DNA of 64,000 nt from Candidatus Berkelbacteria bacterium (GCA_026397175.1 JAPLVK010000013.1:8232-72231), one strand, 5' to 3'. Numbered from the stretch's first letter, positions 26,999 to 40,571 are shown. Numbers and translations: made by a program. The notes: generated by a model not told the origin, from the sequence alone.

Positions 26999-29900
26999 AT
27001 GAAGACAAAAATTAGTTCGCAAGGAATCGAAAAAAATAGAATTAGTTTTTCAAAGGACCATGTCAAAGTTGAGCTACCGAATTTAATAGAAATCCAAAAA
27101 TCGTCTTATAATTGGCTTTTCAAGGAAGGCCTTCGGGAACTTCTAAATGAGATTAGTCCGGTAGATGATTTTACGGGCGAGGCAATGCGGCTTGAATTTG
27201 GTGAATATGCGCTAAGCGAACCAAAAGTTGACGAACTGACCGCAAGAAATAGAAATTTAACTTTTAAAGCACCCTTGATGTGCGAAGTTCTTTTGACGAA
27301 CAAAATAACTTCAAAGAAAAAGGTCTCGAAGGTTTTTCTCGGCGACTTTCCCGTTATGACAGACAGAGGAACCTTTATTATTAATGGTATCGAGAGGGTT
27401 GTTGTTTCGCAAATTGTAAGAAGCTACGGTGTAATTTTTATTTCCGAGGACTTGGCCGGTAAGAAGTATTTTGGCGCAAAGTTAATTCCGAGCAGAGGTG
27501 CCTGGCTTGAATTTGAAACATCAAACAAAGGTGTTATTTCGGTTAAGGTTGACAGAAAAAGAAAAATTCCGGTTACAACTTTCCTAAAGGCCTTGGGAAT
27601 GGAGTCAGACGCTCAAATTTTAAAGACATTTTCGGATGTTGACGATAATGCCGATACAAAATATATAGAGCAAACACTTCAAAAGGACTTAGCCAAGGAT
27701 CGCGACAGCGCGTTAATCGAGGTCTACAAAAGAATAAGACCTGGCGATTTGGCAACGGCCGAGGCCGCGAAGGTATTTTTGGACGCATTGTTTTTTAACC
27801 CAAAAAGATACGATTTGGGGCGCGTTGGAAGATATAAAATCAATCGTCGCCTAGGTGTTAATATTAAGGAAAATTCCGAGGGAAGGGTTTTGAGAATAGA
27901 TGATATTATTGCGATTATCAAAGAAATTATTCGCTCAAATAATGATCCTATGGCTGAGCCGGATGATATTGACCATTTAAAAAACAGAAGGGTTCGCGCA
28001 GTTGGAGAGCTCGTGCAATCACGATTAAGGGTTGGATTTTTGAGAATGGAGAGAATTATCAAAGACAGGATGAGCGTTGTGGAGACCGAGAACGCCACTC
28101 CGGCCCAGCTCGTCAACTCAAGACCGATTGTCGCTGTTTTGCAAGAATTTTTTGCATCATCGCAAATGTCGCAGTTTATGAACCAAACAAATCCGCTTGC
28201 GGAGCTTGAACATAAAAGAACTTTGTCGGCAACCGGACCCGGTGGATTGTCTCGCGAAAGAGCGGGCTTTGAGGTTCGGGATGTTCACCAATCGCATTAT
28301 GGTAGAATTTGCCCGATCGAAACACCGGAAGGACCCAATATCGGGCTGGTTGGGTATTTGGCATCATTTGGAAAAGTTAACGAATATGGGTTTATCGAAA
28401 CGCCGTACCTTGAAGTCGAAAAAGTAAACGGGAAACCAAGAGTTACTAAAAAGATTGTTTATTTAGACGCATCAGACGAGGAAAAAACAACAATCGCGCC
28501 GGCCTCGACCAAAAAAGACGATAAAGGTTTTATTTTGGGAAATAGGATTCCGGTGAGAAAATTTGGTTCACCTTCGATCGAATCCGTTAGCACAATTGAA
28601 TATATGGATGTTTCGCCCAAACAAATTGCGTCAATTACGGCGGCACTGATTCCTTTTATTGAACACGATGATGCTGTTAGGGCAAATATGGGATCAAATA
28701 TGCAGAGGCAGGCAGTTCCTGTTATTTGTCCTGATTTTCCAACTGTCGGTACCGGTATGGAAGAAGACGCCGCAAAATCATCCGGGCATGTGGTTCAATC
28801 CCCTGTTGACGGGGAAGTAGTAGAGGCCTCGGCTGATAGAATCGTTGTTCAAGATAAGAAAAAACAAAGATCAAATATCCAATTAAGCAAATTTACTCGT
28901 TCAAATCAAGGGACATGTATCAACCAAAAAATATTGGCAAACCAAGGAGATCAAGTTAAGCCGGGTGATGTCCTTGCCGATGGGCCGGCCACCGCTCAAG
29001 GTGGCTTAGCTCTTGGAAAAAATATCCTCGTTGCTTTTATGAGCTATAGGGGTGGAAATTACGAAGACGCAATTATTATCTCGGAGCGACTCGTAAAAAA
29101 AGATGTATTATCTTCAATCCACATCGAAAAATATTCCATAGAAGTCAGAGATACAAAGCTTGGGCCGGAAACAATCACCAGAGATATTCCAAATGTAGGT
29201 GAAGAAGCCCTATCAAATCTGGATGGCGAAGGAATTATACGCATCGGAGCGGAAGTCGAAGCCGGAAACATTTTGGTAGGTAAAATTTCACCAAAAGGAG
29301 AAACCGAGCTTTCAGTCGAAGAAAAACTCCTTAGGGCAATTTTTGGAGAAAAAGCAAAAGATGTTAAGGATTCTTCTTTGCGGTTGCCGCATGGCGAAAA
29401 AGGCAAGGTAATTGAAGTAAAACTTTTCTCAAAAGACGCAAACGATGAACTCCCGGAAGGTGTCAGCCAAATGGTTGAGGTCTCTGTCGCACAACTTAGA
29501 AAAATTTCAGTTGGCGACAAACTAGCCGGAAGACATGGTAACAAAGGTGTTATTTCTATGATCTTGCCGCAAGAAGACATGCCCTATATGGAAGATGGAA
29601 CACCGGTTGATATAATTCTTAATCCGCTTGGCGTTGTGTCCAGAATGAACCTTGGTCAGATTCTTGAAACACACCTGGGACTCGCGGCGGCAAAACTCGG
29701 GTTTCAAGTTGCTACGCCGGTTTTTGACGGAGTTCCAATTTCAAAGATCAAGGAATTATTAAAAGAAGCAAATTACGACGAAGATGGAAAGATGGTTTTG
29801 TATGATGGAAAAACCGGAGAGCCGTTTGGTTCGAGAATCACTGTCGGCTACATGTATATATTAAAACTTGCTCACCTTGTTGACGATAAAATGCACGCCA

Positions 29901-30430
29901 GATCTGTCGGGCCGTATTCGATGGTTACACAGCAGCCACTTGGTGGAAAAGCGCAATTTGGGGGGCAGCGATTCGGAGAGATGGAGGTCTGGGCGCTCGA
30001 GGCATATGGTGCCGCTCACATCTTGCAAGAAATGCTAACGATTAAATCAGATGATGTATTGGGAAGATCCAAGGCCTATGAATCAATTATCCGTGGCGAA
30101 AAAATCGAAAGGCCATCAGTTCCGGCGTCGTTTAATGTACTGGTAAGAGAGCTACAGGGTCTTGGTTTGTCGCCTGAAATGATCGGGGTCGAAATACCCG
30201 TAGATAATTTCGACGAAGATAAACCGAGGGAATATATTAGACCAAATGTCGGGAACAATGCTAATAAAATTGAAGAAGTAAAAGAAGAAGTAAAAGAAGA
30301 AATTAAGGAAGAAATTAAGGAAGAAATAATCCCCGTGGAAGAAAAAGAAGATAGGGAACTAACCGAGATATTTGCCGGACAAGAAGAAAATCCACCAAAA
30401 GTAGAAATTACGGAGGAGGAAAATGCCTAA
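26999..30430 (+). CDS. rpoB: RNA polymerase beta subunit
   Basis: [62 protein letters not shown]. Confidence 0.99.
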   Translation: MKTKISSQGIEKNRISFSKDHVKVELPNLIEIQKSSYNWLFKEGLRELLNEISPVDDFTGEAMRLEFGEYALSEPKVDELTARNRNLTFKAPLMCEVLLTNKITSKKKVSKVFLGDFPVMTDRGTFIINGIERVVVSQIVRSYGVIFISEDLAGKKYFGAKLIPSRGAWLEFETSNKGVISVKVDRKRKIPVTTFLKALGMESDAQILKTFSDVDDNADTKYIEQTLQKDLAKDRDSALIEVYKRIRPGDLATAEAAKVFLDALFFNPKRYDLGRVGRYKINRRLGVNIKENSEGRVLRIDDIIAIIKEIIRSNNDPMAEPDDIDHLKNRRVRAVGELVQSRLRVGFLRMERIIKDRMSVVETENATPAQLVNSRPIVAVLQEFFASSQMSQFMNQTNPLAELEHKRTLSATGPGGLSRERAGFEVRDVHQSHYGRICPIETPEGPNIGLVGYLASFGKVNEYGFIETPYLEVEKVNGKPRVTKKIVYLDASDEEKTTIAPASTKKDDKGFILGNRIPVRKFGSPSIESVSTIEYMDVSPKQIASITAALIPFIEHDDAVRANMGSNMQRQAVPVICPDFPTVGTGMEEDAAKSSGHVVQSPVDGEVVEASADRIVVQDKKKQRSNIQLSKFTRSNQGTCINQKILANQGDQVKPGDVLADGPATAQGGLALGKNILVAFMSYRGGNYEDAIIISERLVKKDVLSSIHIEKYSIEVRDTKLGPETITRDIPNVGEEALSNLDGEGIIRIGAEVEAGNILVGKISPKGETELSVEEKLLRAIFGEKAKDVKDSSLRLPHGEKGKVIEVKLFSKDANDELPEGVSQMVEVSVAQLRKISVGDKLAGRHGNKGVISMILPQEDMPYMEDGTPVDIILNPLGVVSRMNLGQILETHLGLAAAKLGFQVATPVFDGVPISKIKELLKEANYDEDGKMVLYDGKTGEPFGSRITVGYMYILKLAHLVDDKMHARSVGPYSMVTQQPLGGKAQFGGQRFGEMEVWALEAYGAAHILQEMLTIKSDDVLGRSKAYESIIRGEKIERPSVPASFNVLVRELQGLGLSPEMIGVEIPVDNFDEDKPREYIRPNVGNNANKIEEVKEEVKEEIKEEIKEEIIPVEEKEDRELTEIFAGQEENPPKVEITEEENA
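30272..30328 (+). repeat. 12-bp coding tandem repeat (EEVK x2, EEIK x2) in the RpoB tail
   Basis: GAAGAAGTAAAA twice, then GAAGAAATTAAG twice. Confidence 0.8.
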
Positions 30431-33400
30431 TCAAACGACTTTAAAAGCCGCTAAGGAAATGTTTGTCAGGGACTTTGATAAAATCAAGTTGACCGTTGCC
30501 AGTCCCGAAGAAATTCTTGAATGGTCTTATGGGGAAATCACCAAACCAGAGACCATAAACTACAGAACTCAAAAACCGGAACGGGATGGGCTTTTTGACG
30601 AAAGGGTTTTTGGGCCCGTTAAGGATTGGGAGTGTTATTGCGGAAAATACAAAAAAATCAGATATAAAGGTGTGATTTGCGACCGTTGCGGAGTAGAAGT
30701 TACGAGAAGTTCAGTCAGACGAGAAAGAATGGGGCACATGCAACTCGTTGTTCCTGTTGTTCATGTTTGGTATATCCGTGGGGGGGGTGGCGTGATCGGA
30801 TCGGTTTTGGATATGACGGTTTCGGATATCGAGTCGGTTTCGTACTTTGCCGCTTATGTAATCCTAGAAGTAGACGAGCAGTTGAGAAATGAAGCACTCG
30901 AGCAATTAAGCAAAGAATATGAAGAAGCAAAAAAAAGCTCGGAATTTAAAAATAATCCGATTGCTCTTCAAAAACTTGAAGCGATCTATAAAAACTCAAA
31001 ACAAGAGTTAACTCAACTGGTATCAAAAAAAGTGCTTTCTGAATCCGAATTCACTTCAATCTCATTAAAATACGGACAAGTTGCAAGGGTCGGTATCGGA
31101 GCAGAAGCGATTTTAGAGCTTCTTAAAAATGTGGATCTTGATAAGCAAGTTGAGGACCTAACCCAAAAACTTGAAAATCAGGTTACCGCCAACAGGAAAA
31201 AGATTTTGCGATCCCTTAAATTATTTAAGGATATGAAACTGGCCGGTGTAAAACCGGAATGGTTGATATTGAGAAATCTACCTGTTATTCCACCGGATCT
31301 TCGACCGATGGTGCAGTTGGACGGCGGGAGATTTGCGGCATCTGACTTAAATGACCTTTACAGGAGAGTTCTTAATAGAAATAACCGCCTAAAGAAACTT
31401 TTGACAGCTGGAGCGCCGGAGGTAATTTGTAGAAATGAAAAAAGAATGCTTCAAGAAGCAGTTGACGCGCTTCTTGATAATAATGCCAGACGCGGTAAGG
31501 TTGCGGTCGCAGGAAATCAGAGAAAATTAAGGAGTTTATCTGATATTTTGCGAGGAAAGCAAGGAAGGTTTCGCCAAAACTTGCTTGGGAAAAGAGTTGA
31601 CTACTCTGGAAGATCAGTTATTGTTATCGGACCTGACCTAAAATTGAGCCAATGTGGAATTCCAAAAGTAATGGCGTTAGAGCTCTTCAAAACATTTGTT
31701 ATTGCCAAGCTTATTGCTGACGGTTATGTTTACAATGTTAAAAATGCCACAAAAATGATCGAGCAAAAAGACCCGATTGTTTGGGATATTCTGGAATTAG
31801 TTACCGCAAAACATCATGTCATGTTAAATAGAGCACCGACTCTTCACCGCCTTGGAATTCAAGCATTTGCTCCGGTGTTAATTGAAGGAAAGGCAATTCA
31901 GATTCATCCGTTGGTTTGTCAGGCTTTCAACGCCGACTTTGATGGAGACCAAATGGCAGTTCATGTTCCGCTTTCGGATAATGCCAGAAAAGAAGCCGAG
32001 GAGATTATGCTTTCGTCAAAAAATCTCTTAAAACCAGCGTCGGGTGAACCAATTTCTACCCCTCGATTTGACATGATTTTGGGCTGCTTTTATATCACTG
32101 ACATAAAGAGCGATGAGCAAAATCCGAGATCATTTTCCGGAAAAAACGAAGCTATTATGGCATGGCAAACCGGAAATATCGACTTGAGAACTAAAATAAG
32201 AATGAAGACAGAAGATAATATCTCCGAGTCCGACTCTGAAGTTTTAGACAAAGGCGAATACCAGATGGTTGAAACATGCGTCGGAAGAATTATCTTTAAC
32301 AATATTCTTCCCGAAGAGATAAGATTTATTAACAAAACAATCGATGGTAAAGCCATGAAAGCCATCATTGCAAAGGTCTTCAAGGATTATGGTTCAAAAG
32401 AAACCGCAGAATTACTTGATAGAGTAAAGTCCCTAGGATTTGAGCATGCTACATTGTCGGGCTTATCAATTGGGATGGATGACATTGTCATACCTGACGA
32501 AAAGGTTGAAATTGTTGCAAAAACAAATGCAAAAAACGAAGAAATTGAGACGCTGCTTAAAAGAGGTCTTATAACACCCGAGGAAAAACGGCTTAAGATT
32601 ATCGATTTCTGGAATGATGCACGATCACAAATCGAAAAAAACATGCTCAAATGTTACAGCAAAGACAATCCGGTAAATGTTTATGTTACATCCGGAACAA
32701 GGGGATCTGTGGCACAGTTGACTCAAATGGCGGGCATGAAGGGTCTTGTTGTGAACCCGGCGGGTGAAATTATCGAAATTCCGATAGTTTCAAATTACAA
32801 AGAAGGTCTTACGGTTTTCGAGTATTTTATTTCATCTCACGGTTCCAGAAAAGGAAGATCGGATACTTCACTTCGAACATCAGATGCAGGATATTTAACC
32901 AGAAGGTTAGTAGATGTTGCTCAAGAAGTTATCGCGAGAGAGACCGACTGTAAGACAAAAGAAGGGCTTGAGGTTATAAGAGGTGAGTCGGAATCGTTTG
33001 GGGAATCGTTCTCCGAAAGAATTAACGGCAGAGTTGCTCTTAATGATATTAAGATCAAAAACAAAGTTATTGTGAAAGAAAACGAAGAAATTACTAAGGA
33101 AATTGCCGAAGAAATAGAAAAAAGTGATCTCCCTTGCGTTTTCGTCAGATCCGTCACATATTGCCAAACAAAACACGGTGTTTGCCAAAGGTGTTACGGA
33201 CGAGATCTCGGAACCGGTAAACTAGTCGAATTAGGTGTGGCGGTTGGTGTTATTGCCGCTCAAGCTATTGGTGAGCCGGGAACGCAGCTAACAATGAAAA
33301 CATTCCATCTTGGAGGTGTCACAGGGGAAGACATTACATCGGGTCTACCTCGAGTTGAGGAATTGTTCGAAGCCAGACGACCTAAATTTGAAGCACCAAT

Positions 33401-34217
33401 TTCTGAAATTGACGGTCTTGTACATGTCAGTAAAGGTAGAGAGGGAAATATTGTCAATATTACTTCGGATGAAGAAATGTCTGAAAAGTTTGAGGTTCCC
33501 GCTGGCTATGAGGTTGTTGTCAAAGACGGCGATGAGATAAAGGCGAAAAAAGCCGTTGCGGTTTCAAAAGATAAAAAAGCAATCAGATCTTCAATTGCCG
33601 GTTTGGTTTCGATAACTAAAAGCGAAATAGCAATAAGGTCGAAAGACAAGCTGTCTGTTGAGTATATTGTTAACCCCGGATTATCACTTTCGGTCAAGAG
33701 CGGAGACAAAGTAACTCGCGGGCAAATTTTGGCTGAAGGCCATTTGAATTTATCATCTATTTTGCAACTTAAGGGTAAGCAGGAAGTTGTGAAGTACATA
33801 ATCAGAGAGACCAAAGCGATCTATTCATCTCAAGGGCAGTCCATTAACGATAAACACCTTGAGGTCATCATCCGACAAACGCTATCGAAGTTTAGAGTTG
33901 TGGATGAAGGTGGAAGCGAGCTTGTTCCGGGCCAGATTATCGATCAAATTGAGCTTGAAAGAGAAAACAAAAAACTTTCCAGTTCCAAGAAAACATTGGT
34001 TACAACCGAACCGATAATTATGGGTGTAACGAGGGTTGCTCTAAAAACAGAAAGCTTCTTGTCGGCTGCGTCTTTTCAGGAAACAACAGGGGTCTTAATT
34101 AACGCTGCGATTAGAGGAGCCGAAGACAACCTAAGGGGATTGAAAGAAAATGTAATTATTGGTAAACTAATTCCCGCAGGAACCGGTATGAACTTCAAGA
34201 AAGAAAAATCTAAATAA
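30423..34217 (+). CDS. rpoC: RNA polymerase beta' subunit
   Basis: NADFDGD, zinc-ribbon cysteines, [22 protein letters not shown]. Confidence 0.99.
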   Translation: MPNQTTLKAAKEMFVRDFDKIKLTVASPEEILEWSYGEITKPETINYRTQKPERDGLFDERVFGPVKDWECYCGKYKKIRYKGVICDRCGVEVTRSSVRRERMGHMQLVVPVVHVWYIRGGGGVIGSVLDMTVSDIESVSYFAAYVILEVDEQLRNEALEQLSKEYEEAKKSSEFKNNPIALQKLEAIYKNSKQELTQLVSKKVLSESEFTSISLKYGQVARVGIGAEAILELLKNVDLDKQVEDLTQKLENQVTANRKKILRSLKLFKDMKLAGVKPEWLILRNLPVIPPDLRPMVQLDGGRFAASDLNDLYRRVLNRNNRLKKLLTAGAPEVICRNEKRMLQEAVDALLDNNARRGKVAVAGNQRKLRSLSDILRGKQGRFRQNLLGKRVDYSGRSVIVIGPDLKLSQCGIPKVMALELFKTFVIAKLIADGYVYNVKNATKMIEQKDPIVWDILELVTAKHHVMLNRAPTLHRLGIQAFAPVLIEGKAIQIHPLVCQAFNADFDGDQMAVHVPLSDNARKEAEEIMLSSKNLLKPASGEPISTPRFDMILGCFYITDIKSDEQNPRSFSGKNEAIMAWQTGNIDLRTKIRMKTEDNISESDSEVLDKGEYQMVETCVGRIIFNNILPEEIRFINKTIDGKAMKAIIAKVFKDYGSKETAELLDRVKSLGFEHATLSGLSIGMDDIVIPDEKVEIVAKTNAKNEEIETLLKRGLITPEEKRLKIIDFWNDARSQIEKNMLKCYSKDNPVNVYVTSGTRGSVAQLTQMAGMKGLVVNPAGEIIEIPIVSNYKEGLTVFEYFISSHGSRKGRSDTSLRTSDAGYLTRRLVDVAQEVIARETDCKTKEGLEVIRGESESFGESFSERINGRVALNDIKIKNKVIVKENEEITKEIAEEIEKSDLPCVFVRSVTYCQTKHGVCQRCYGRDLGTGKLVELGVAVGVIAAQAIGEPGTQLTMKTFHLGGVTGEDITSGLPRVEELFEARRPKFEAPISEIDGLVHVSKGREGNIVNITSDEEMSEKFEVPAGYEVVVKDGDEIKAKKAVAVSKDKKAIRSSIAGLVSITKSEIAIRSKDKLSVEYIVNPGLSLSVKSGDKVTRGQILAEGHLNLSSILQLKGKQEVVKYIIRETKAIYSSQGQSINDKHLEVIIRQTLSKFRVVDEGGSELVPGQIIDQIELERENKKLSSSKKTLVTTEPIIMGVTRVALKTESFLSAASFQETTGVLINAAIRGAEDNLRGLKENVIIGKLIPAGTGMNFKKEKSK

Positions 34218-34222
34218 AAACA

Positions 34223-34642
34223 ATGCCGACAGTTAATCAATTAATAAAAAAAGCAAGACGGAAGGTCGTCTCAAAAAGCAAAAGCCCCGCTTTGGCTAAG
34301 AATTTTAATTTTCTGAAGAACAAACCGACAACAGTTCAAAAGTCGAATCCATTCAAAAGGGGCGTTTGTACCAAAGTTACGACAATGACACCCAAAAAAC
34401 CAAACTCGGCCTTAAGAAAAATTGCAAAAGTCCGGCTTACGAATGGCCAAGAAGTTACCGCATATATTCCGGGAATCGGCCATAATCTTCAAGAGCACTC
34501 GGTGGTTTTGTTAAGAGGCGGAAGAGTAAAGGACTTGCCGGGTGTCAGATATCATGTCGTTCGAGGCAAACTTGATACTCTGGGTGTTGATAAAAGGAAA
34601 AGATCACGAAGTAAATACGGCGTAAAAAAAGGAAAAAGTTGA
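34223..34642 (+). CDS. rpsL: 30S ribosomal protein S12
   Basis: [24 protein letters not shown]. Confidence 0.99.
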   Translation: MPTVNQLIKKARRKVVSKSKSPALAKNFNFLKNKPTTVQKSNPFKRGVCTKVTTMTPKKPNSALRKIAKVRLTNGQEVTAYIPGIGHNLQEHSVVLLRGGRVKDLPGVRYHVVRGKLDTLGVDKRKRSRSKYGVKKGKS

Positions 34643-34643
34643 T

Positions 34644-35120
34644 ATGAGAGGCAAAGCAAAATTCAAAAAGAAAGTAATTGAACCTGATAATCGGTTCAAA
34701 TCGGTATCAGTCAGTAAGTTTATTAACTGTATAATGCAAAGAGGTAAGAAGGATGTCGCAAGGACTATCGTTTACGACTCTTTGGATTTGGCTTCGAAGA
34801 CCGTCAAAAAAGAACCGTTGGATATATTCAATTTGGTAGTTCAAACCGTTGCGCCGTCTGTCGAGGTAAGATCAAAAAGAATTGGTGGGGCAAATTATCA
34901 AATTCCCACCGAAGTGAAAGAACCTCGAAGAACGGCCCTAGCGATGAGATGGATCATAGAGGCGGCTAAGACAAGACACGGACAGCCGATGTATAAGCGA
35001 TTGGCGCAAGAATATCAAGATATAATTGCAGGGACAGGTTCGGCGCTTAAAAAACGCTCCGATGTCCACAAAATGGCAGAAGCAAACCGTGCTTTTGCTC
35101 ACTTTGCCAAAATGCGATAA
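34644..35120 (+). CDS. rpsG: 30S ribosomal protein S7
   Basis: [27 protein letters not shown]. Confidence 0.98.
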   Translation: MRGKAKFKKKVIEPDNRFKSVSVSKFINCIMQRGKKDVARTIVYDSLDLASKTVKKEPLDIFNLVVQTVAPSVEVRSKRIGGANYQIPTEVKEPRRTALAMRWIIEAAKTRHGQPMYKRLAQEYQDIIAGTGSALKKRSDVHKMAEANRAFAHFAKMR

Positions 35121-35176
35121 TTGGTGCGCAAGATCGTCGGGGTGGTAATTTTGAAGTTGAAGATAATTTAACAAAT

Positions 35177-37276
35177 ATGCCAAGAGAATATACGCTCGAA
35201 AAAACTAGAAATATTGGAATAATCGCTCATATCGATGCCGGAAAAACCACGGTAACGGAGCGAGTGCTTTTCTATACCGGTAAAAAGCACAAAATTGGAG
35301 AAGTTCACGAAGGTCAAGCCGAAATGGACTGGATGGAACAAGAAAAAGAACGAGGAATTACCATCACTTCTGCGGCCACAACTTGTTTTTGGACCCCAAG
35401 AGGGGACGAGGCAAACAAAACGAGAATTAATATTATTGACACCCCCGGACATGTTGATTTCACAGTTGAAGTGGAAAGATCATTGAGGGTCTTGGATGGA
35501 GGAGTTGTTGTTTTTGATGGCGTCGCAGGTGTCGAGCCACAATCGGAAACAGTTTGGCGACAAGCGGAAAAATACAGAGTGCCCAGGATTTGTTTTATTA
35601 ATAAACTTGACAGGACAGGTGCCGATTTTTATCGTTCATATGACTCGATTTTAGAAAAACTTGGAGCAAATGCAGTACCTGTTCAAATCCCAATGGGGCA
35701 TGAAGAAAAATTAAAAGGTCTAATTGATTTAATTGATCAGAGAGCTTTCTTTTACGAAGATGACCTGGGTCAAGATGTAAAAGAATCGGATATTCCGGAT
35801 GAATATAAGGATGATGCATCAAAATGGAGAAATAAACTTGAAGAAAAAGTTGCAGAGACAGATGAGGATTTACTAAATAATTATTTAGAAAAAGGCACTT
35901 TATCAGCTTTGGAAATTAGACAGGGATTAAGGCAAGCAACTATAAAAAATGAGATAGTGCCCGTGTTGTGCGGTTCTGCCTTAAAAAACAAAGGTGTTCA
36001 ACTTCTGCTTGATGCTATTGTTGATTATCTGCCAAATCCGCTTGATGTTGAGCCGATGAAGGGGAAGTTAGTTGATAACGATGAAGAAATTGTTATTGAA
36101 ACCTCGGACGAGCAACCATTTTGCGCACTTGCTTTCAAAATAGCGACAGACCCGTTTGTCGGACGATTAAGTTATATTCGGGTTTATGCGGGCATATTAA
36201 AATCAGGGAGCTACATTATCAATACTACAACAGGAGAGAAAGAAAGGGTTGGCCGAATTTTAAGGATGCACGCTAATCATCGCGAAGAAGTTGAAAGTGT
36301 TTATTCCGGTGAAATTGCTGCAATAGTTGGACTTAAAAACACCACAACCGGAAATTCACTTTGCGACCAAGCGCGACTAGTCAAGCTTGAGTCAATAGTA
36401 TTTCCCGATCCTGTCATTGAAATTGCGATTGAACCTAAAACCAAAGCCGATCAGGCCAAAATGGGAATTGCACTGCAAAAACTGGTCGAGGAAGATCCAA
36501 CTCTTAGAGTCAGGACTAATCAGGAGTCAAATCAGACATTAATAGCCGGAATGGGCGAATTACATCTTGAAATTATTGTTGATCGGATGAAAAGAGAATT
36601 TAATGTCGAAGCCAATGTTGGAGACCCTCAAGTCGCATATAGAGAAACGGTTCTCGAAGGGTCAAAAGCAGAGGGTAAATTTATCAGGCAAACCGGTGGG
36701 CGCGGACAGTACGGCCATGTTTTCTTGGAAATCGCTCCACGCGAGCAAGGACAAGGTAATGAGTTCATAAACAAAATCTTCGGTGGATCAATCCCAAGAG
36801 AATTTATACCTGCTTGTGAGGACGGGGTTAATCAGGCGCTAAACAGAGGTGTGATCGCCGGTTATCCACTCGTTGATATTTCTGTAACTTTATACGACGG
36901 ATCATATCATGATGTTGATTCTTCGGAGTTGGCATTTCAAATCGCTTCATCAATGGCCCTACAAGAGGCCGTTAAAAGAGCCAAGCCCGTGATTTTGGAG
37001 CCGATAATGAAGGTAGAGGCGGTAACACCCGAAGAATTTATGGGTGATGTTTTGGGTGATTTAAACTCAAAAAGAGGACAAATCGGAGTAGTTGAGGATA
37101 GGGGAAATGCCAAGGTTATTCCGGCGGAAGTTCCACTTTCCCAAATGTTTGGCTACGCTACTTCTTTGAGGTCAATTACCCAAGGACGAGCAAGTTACAC
37201 AATGGAGTTTTTGAAATATCAAATCGTTCCAACCAATATTGCTAATGTAATCATAGAGGGAAAAAAGACAAATTAA
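35177..37276 (+). CDS. fusA: Elongation factor G
   Basis: [31 protein letters not shown]. Confidence 0.99.
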   Translation: MPREYTLEKTRNIGIIAHIDAGKTTVTERVLFYTGKKHKIGEVHEGQAEMDWMEQEKERGITITSAATTCFWTPRGDEANKTRINIIDTPGHVDFTVEVERSLRVLDGGVVVFDGVAGVEPQSETVWRQAEKYRVPRICFINKLDRTGADFYRSYDSILEKLGANAVPVQIPMGHEEKLKGLIDLIDQRAFFYEDDLGQDVKESDIPDEYKDDASKWRNKLEEKVAETDEDLLNNYLEKGTLSALEIRQGLRQATIKNEIVPVLCGSALKNKGVQLLLDAIVDYLPNPLDVEPMKGKLVDNDEEIVIETSDEQPFCALAFKIATDPFVGRLSYIRVYAGILKSGSYIINTTTGEKERVGRILRMHANHREEVESVYSGEIAAIVGLKNTTTGNSLCDQARLVKLESIVFPDPVIEIAIEPKTKADQAKMGIALQKLVEEDPTLRVRTNQESNQTLIAGMGELHLEIIVDRMKREFNVEANVGDPQVAYRETVLEGSKAEGKFIRQTGGRGQYGHVFLEIAPREQGQGNEFINKIFGGSIPREFIPACEDGVNQALNRGVIAGYPLVDISVTLYDGSYHDVDSSELAFQIASSMALQEAVKRAKPVILEPIMKVEAVTPEEFMGDVLGDLNSKRGQIGVVEDRGNAKVIPAEVPLSQMFGYATSLRSITQGRASYTMEFLKYQIVPTNIANVIIEGKKTN

Positions 37277-37277
37277 G

Positions 37278-37306
37278 TTGACGATTTTGTTGACTTCTGG
37301 TAACAT
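37278..37306 (+). promoter_or_regulatory. Internal promoter for tuf
   Basis: TTGACG-17 bp-TAACAT with an extended TG. Confidence 0.55.
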
Positions 37307-37347
37307 AGTTAGAAGATAAAAAGAAAATAAAGAAAGAGGAGATAAAA

Positions 37348-38532
37348 ATGGCAGAAAAATACGAGAGAACAAAACCGCATGTCAATGTAGGTACAATCGG
37401 TCATGTTGATCATGGCAAGACCACTTTGACTGCTGCAATTACACAGGTTTTATCCAAAAAAGGAATGGCCGAAGCCAAAAAGTTTGAAGATATTGATAAT
37501 GCTCCGGAAGAAAAAGAAAGAGGCATTACAATTGCAACTTCTCACCAGGAATATGAGTCGGAAAAAAGACACTATGCTCATGTTGATTGCCCTGGCCACG
37601 CCGACTATGTTAAAAACATGATCACCGGTGCTGCTCAAATGGACGCAGCAATTTTGGTTGTCTCGGCTGCCGATGGCCCAATGCCTCAAACCAGAGAGCA
37701 TATCTTGCTTGCAAACCAAGTGGGGGTTCCGACAATTATTGTGTTCTTAAACAAAGTAGATCAGGTCTCGGATAAAGAACTGCTTGATTTAGTCGAAATG
37801 GAAATCAGAGATCTTTTGACTAAATATAATTACAAGGGTGACGAAGTTCCGAACATCAAGGGATCAGCTTTGAAAGCACTAGAGGGAGATCCTGAAGCTG
37901 AAAAAGCGATTTGGGAGCTAATCAAGGCAATGGACGATTATATTCCCGAACCAAAAAGAGATATTGACAAGCCATTTCTTATGCCAGTTGAAGATGTATT
38001 CTCGATCAAAGGACGAGGGACAGTTGCAACCGGTAGAATTGAAAGAGGAATTGTCAAAGTTAACGATGAAGTTGAAATTGTCGGAATAAAACCAACAAAG
38101 AAAGTTGTTGTTACCGGTGTAGAAATGTTTAGAAAGCAACTCGATGAAGGCCAGGCCGGCGATAATGTTGGTGTATTAATTAGAGGAATCGAGAGAGAAG
38201 ATATCGAGAGAGGCCAGGTTTTATCGAAACCCGGTTCGGTAACTCCCCATACGGAATTTGAAGCAGAGGCCTATATCTTGAGCAAAGATGAAGGTGGCCG
38301 ACATTCGCCATTTACTAAGGGTTATAAACCACAGTTTTACATCAGAACCACGGATGTAACCGGAGAAATTACAGAACTGACCGGTGGCGCTGAAATGGTA
38401 ATGCCTGGCGACACCGTCCAGGTAAAAGTCAAATTGATCGTTCCGGTTGCGATGGAAGAGCAGATGAAGTTTGCAATCAGAGAAGGTGGAAAAACCGTTG
38501 GAGCTGGTGTGGTTACGAAAATCATCAAGTAA
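37348..38532 (+). CDS. tuf: Elongation factor Tu
   Basis: [21 protein letters not shown]. Confidence 0.99.
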   Translation: MAEKYERTKPHVNVGTIGHVDHGKTTLTAAITQVLSKKGMAEAKKFEDIDNAPEEKERGITIATSHQEYESEKRHYAHVDCPGHADYVKNMITGAAQMDAAILVVSAADGPMPQTREHILLANQVGVPTIIVFLNKVDQVSDKELLDLVEMEIRDLLTKYNYKGDEVPNIKGSALKALEGDPEAEKAIWELIKAMDDYIPEPKRDIDKPFLMPVEDVFSIKGRGTVATGRIERGIVKVNDEVEIVGIKPTKKVVVTGVEMFRKQLDEGQAGDNVGVLIRGIEREDIERGQVLSKPGSVTPHTEFEAEAYILSKDEGGRHSPFTKGYKPQFYIRTTDVTGEITELTGGAEMVMPGDTVQVKVKLIVPVAMEEQMKFAIREGGKTVGAGVVTKIIK

Positions 38533-38542
38533 GCCCTATCTT

Positions 38543-38860
38543 ATGGCTAATCAAGCAAAACAGAGAATTAGAATAAAAATCAGGGGCTACGACTACAGAA
38601 TCCTTGATAAATCAGTCAAACATATCATTGACACCGTCGAAAGATCCGGTGCAAAGGTTATAGGCCCGATTCCTCTTCCGACTGAAATAAAGAAGATGAC
38701 GGTGCTTAAGTCAACCTTTGTGCATAAGGATGCGCGAGATCAGTTTGAGGTAAGGGTTCACAAAAGGGTGCTAGATGTGGTTGAGCTTACGAACAGAACA
38801 ATTGACCAATTGATGAATATAGAATTACCGGCTGGAGTTGACATAGAAATTAAGACATAA
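38543..38860 (+). CDS. rpsJ: 30S ribosomal protein S10
   Basis: MANQAKQRIRIKI..YD, GPIPLPT, LPAGVDIEIK; ATG at 38543. Confidence 0.97.
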   Translation: MANQAKQRIRIKIRGYDYRILDKSVKHIIDTVERSGAKVIGPIPLPTEIKKMTVLKSTFVHKDARDQFEVRVHKRVLDVVELTNRTIDQLMNIELPAGVDIEIKT

Positions 38861-38971
38861 GGTATCTGAACAACCTTCAATCAAAAATTGATTGAAGGCG
38901 TGTAGATAACTTAATTAAATTTATCTCGAATAATTTCTCTAAAGTAGAGGGATTTCGAGGGTTAGTTGAAT

Positions 38972-39577
38972 ATGAAGGTTTTTGCAAATAAGATTGGGAC
39001 AACGCATATATACGACGAAAAAAACAATCATAAAATCGTTACGGTTTTACAGTTAAGAAAAACAACCGTTGAAAAATTGAAAACAAATGATTCGGACGGC
39101 TACTGTGCTTTGGTCTTCGTCGAATCGGATCCGAAAATAAAATCAAAAAAACCGGTCCAGGGACAGTTTAAAAATGTTGTTAACCCAAGATACATAACCG
39201 AAGAAAGAGTTAGTGAGGAAAAAATACAGGAAGCAAAAATTTCAGATGAGTTAAGAGTGGATGGTTTTAATATTGGAGACAAGATTACTGTTGTTAGTAA
39301 AACAAAAGGCAAGGGATTTCAAGGCACTATAAAACGACACAGTTTTAACACCGGTCCCAAAACACACGGATCACACAATTACAGACAACCGGGGTCAATT
39401 GGTGCGACATATCCCGAAAGAACACTAAAGGGCAAAAAAATGGCGGGACACATGGGAAATGTGGTACATACACAAAAGAATAAGATGGTCGTGAGAGTAG
39501 AGCAAGAATTGAATAGAATTTGGATTAATGGGCATATTTCGGGTGCCAATAAATCAAGATTGTTAATTACAAAATGA
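38972..39577 (+). CDS. rplC: 50S ribosomal protein L3
   Basis: KGKGFQG.IKRH, HGS..YRQPGSIG, KKMAGHMG. Confidence 0.97.
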   Translation: MKVFANKIGTTHIYDEKNNHKIVTVLQLRKTTVEKLKTNDSDGYCALVFVESDPKIKSKKPVQGQFKNVVNPRYITEERVSEEKIQEAKISDELRVDGFNIGDKITVVSKTKGKGFQGTIKRHSFNTGPKTHGSHNYRQPGSIGATYPERTLKGKKMAGHMGNVVHTQKNKMVVRVEQELNRIWINGHISGANKSRLLITK

Positions 39578-40200
39578 AATTAAAAATTCCCACATATAAA
39601 TTTTCAGGCGAAAGCGTCGAAGACACCGTCATCGAGATAGATGATCGCTTTTCGAAAATTAATAATTTATTGTTAGCACAGGTTTGCCGTGTTGAAGACA
39701 ACAGGAATTTTCCAAAACCAGGGGCCACAAAAACCAAGGGGCTAATTTCCGGTGGCGGCAGAAAGCCGTTTAAACAAAAAGGGACGGGACGGGCAAGAGC
39801 TGGTTCGAATAGATCACCGTTATGGCGAGGCGGTGGAATAACTTTTGGTCCAACCTTCCAAAACCGACGACTTGATATTCCTGCTAAAATGAGGAAAATT
39901 GCTTTCCTGCAGGTGTTTGTCAACAAAGCCATATCAAAAGATCTGGCCATTATAGAGACGATCGAATCACAAACCAACAAAACAAAGGATACTGCAATCT
40001 TGCTAACAAAGATTTCGCCAGATAATAAAACAATTACCGTTGCCTTAGAAAAAGAAAATTTTAAACATTTTAGAAATATTGTTTTAAACGATTGTAAAAT
40101 TTTAGATCAACTTTTAATTTCCGATTTGATGAAAGACAGTAAAATCATATTTTCAAAAGATGCCTTTTTGAATCTTAGCGAAAGGTTTAAACAAAAATGA
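39574..40200 (+). CDS. rplD: 50S ribosomal protein L4
   Basis: GGGRKPFKQKGTGRARAGS.RSP.WRGGG..FGP. Confidence 0.97.
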   Translation: MKLKIPTYKFSGESVEDTVIEIDDRFSKINNLLLAQVCRVEDNRNFPKPGATKTKGLISGGGRKPFKQKGTGRARAGSNRSPLWRGGGITFGPTFQNRRLDIPAKMRKIAFLQVFVNKAISKDLAIIETIESQTNKTKDTAILLTKISPDNKTITVALEKENFKHFRNIVLNDCKILDQLLISDLMKDSKIIFSKDAFLNLSERFKQK

Positions 40201-40571
40201 TTAATATCAGACCTTATATTACAGAAAAATCCGTAAAAATGGCTCAAAGCGAGCAGTTTACCTTGATAGTGCCACAAGACGCGACAAAAATGCAAATCAA
40301 GGAAGCGGTAATGTGTTTCTTTAAAATTAAACCTGTTAGAGTACTGACTATTAAAAAGACCCAGTTGAACAGAATAAAACTAAGAAGGAAGTCATTGGAT
40401 AGAGGGTTTAAAAAAGCAATAATTGTATTGAAAAAAGGTGAAAAAATTCCCGGGTTTGAAATTGTGTCAAACGAAAATGCAGATAAAAAGAAAGAATTAA
40501 AAAATACTAACAAGATTGTTAAAACCACTTCGAAAGACAAAAATAAAATAGAAAATGTTAAAAACAGTTAA
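40197..40571 (+). CDS. rplW: 50S ribosomal protein L23 (C-terminally extended)
   Basis: RPYITEKS, ATK.QIK.AV, KKAI..L..G; expected position. Confidence 0.92.
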   Translation: MINIRPYITEKSVKMAQSEQFTLIVPQDATKMQIKEAVMCFFKIKPVRVLTIKKTQLNRIKLRRKSLDRGFKKAIIVLKKGEKIPGFEIVSNENADKKKELKNTNKIVKTTSKDKNKIENVKNS

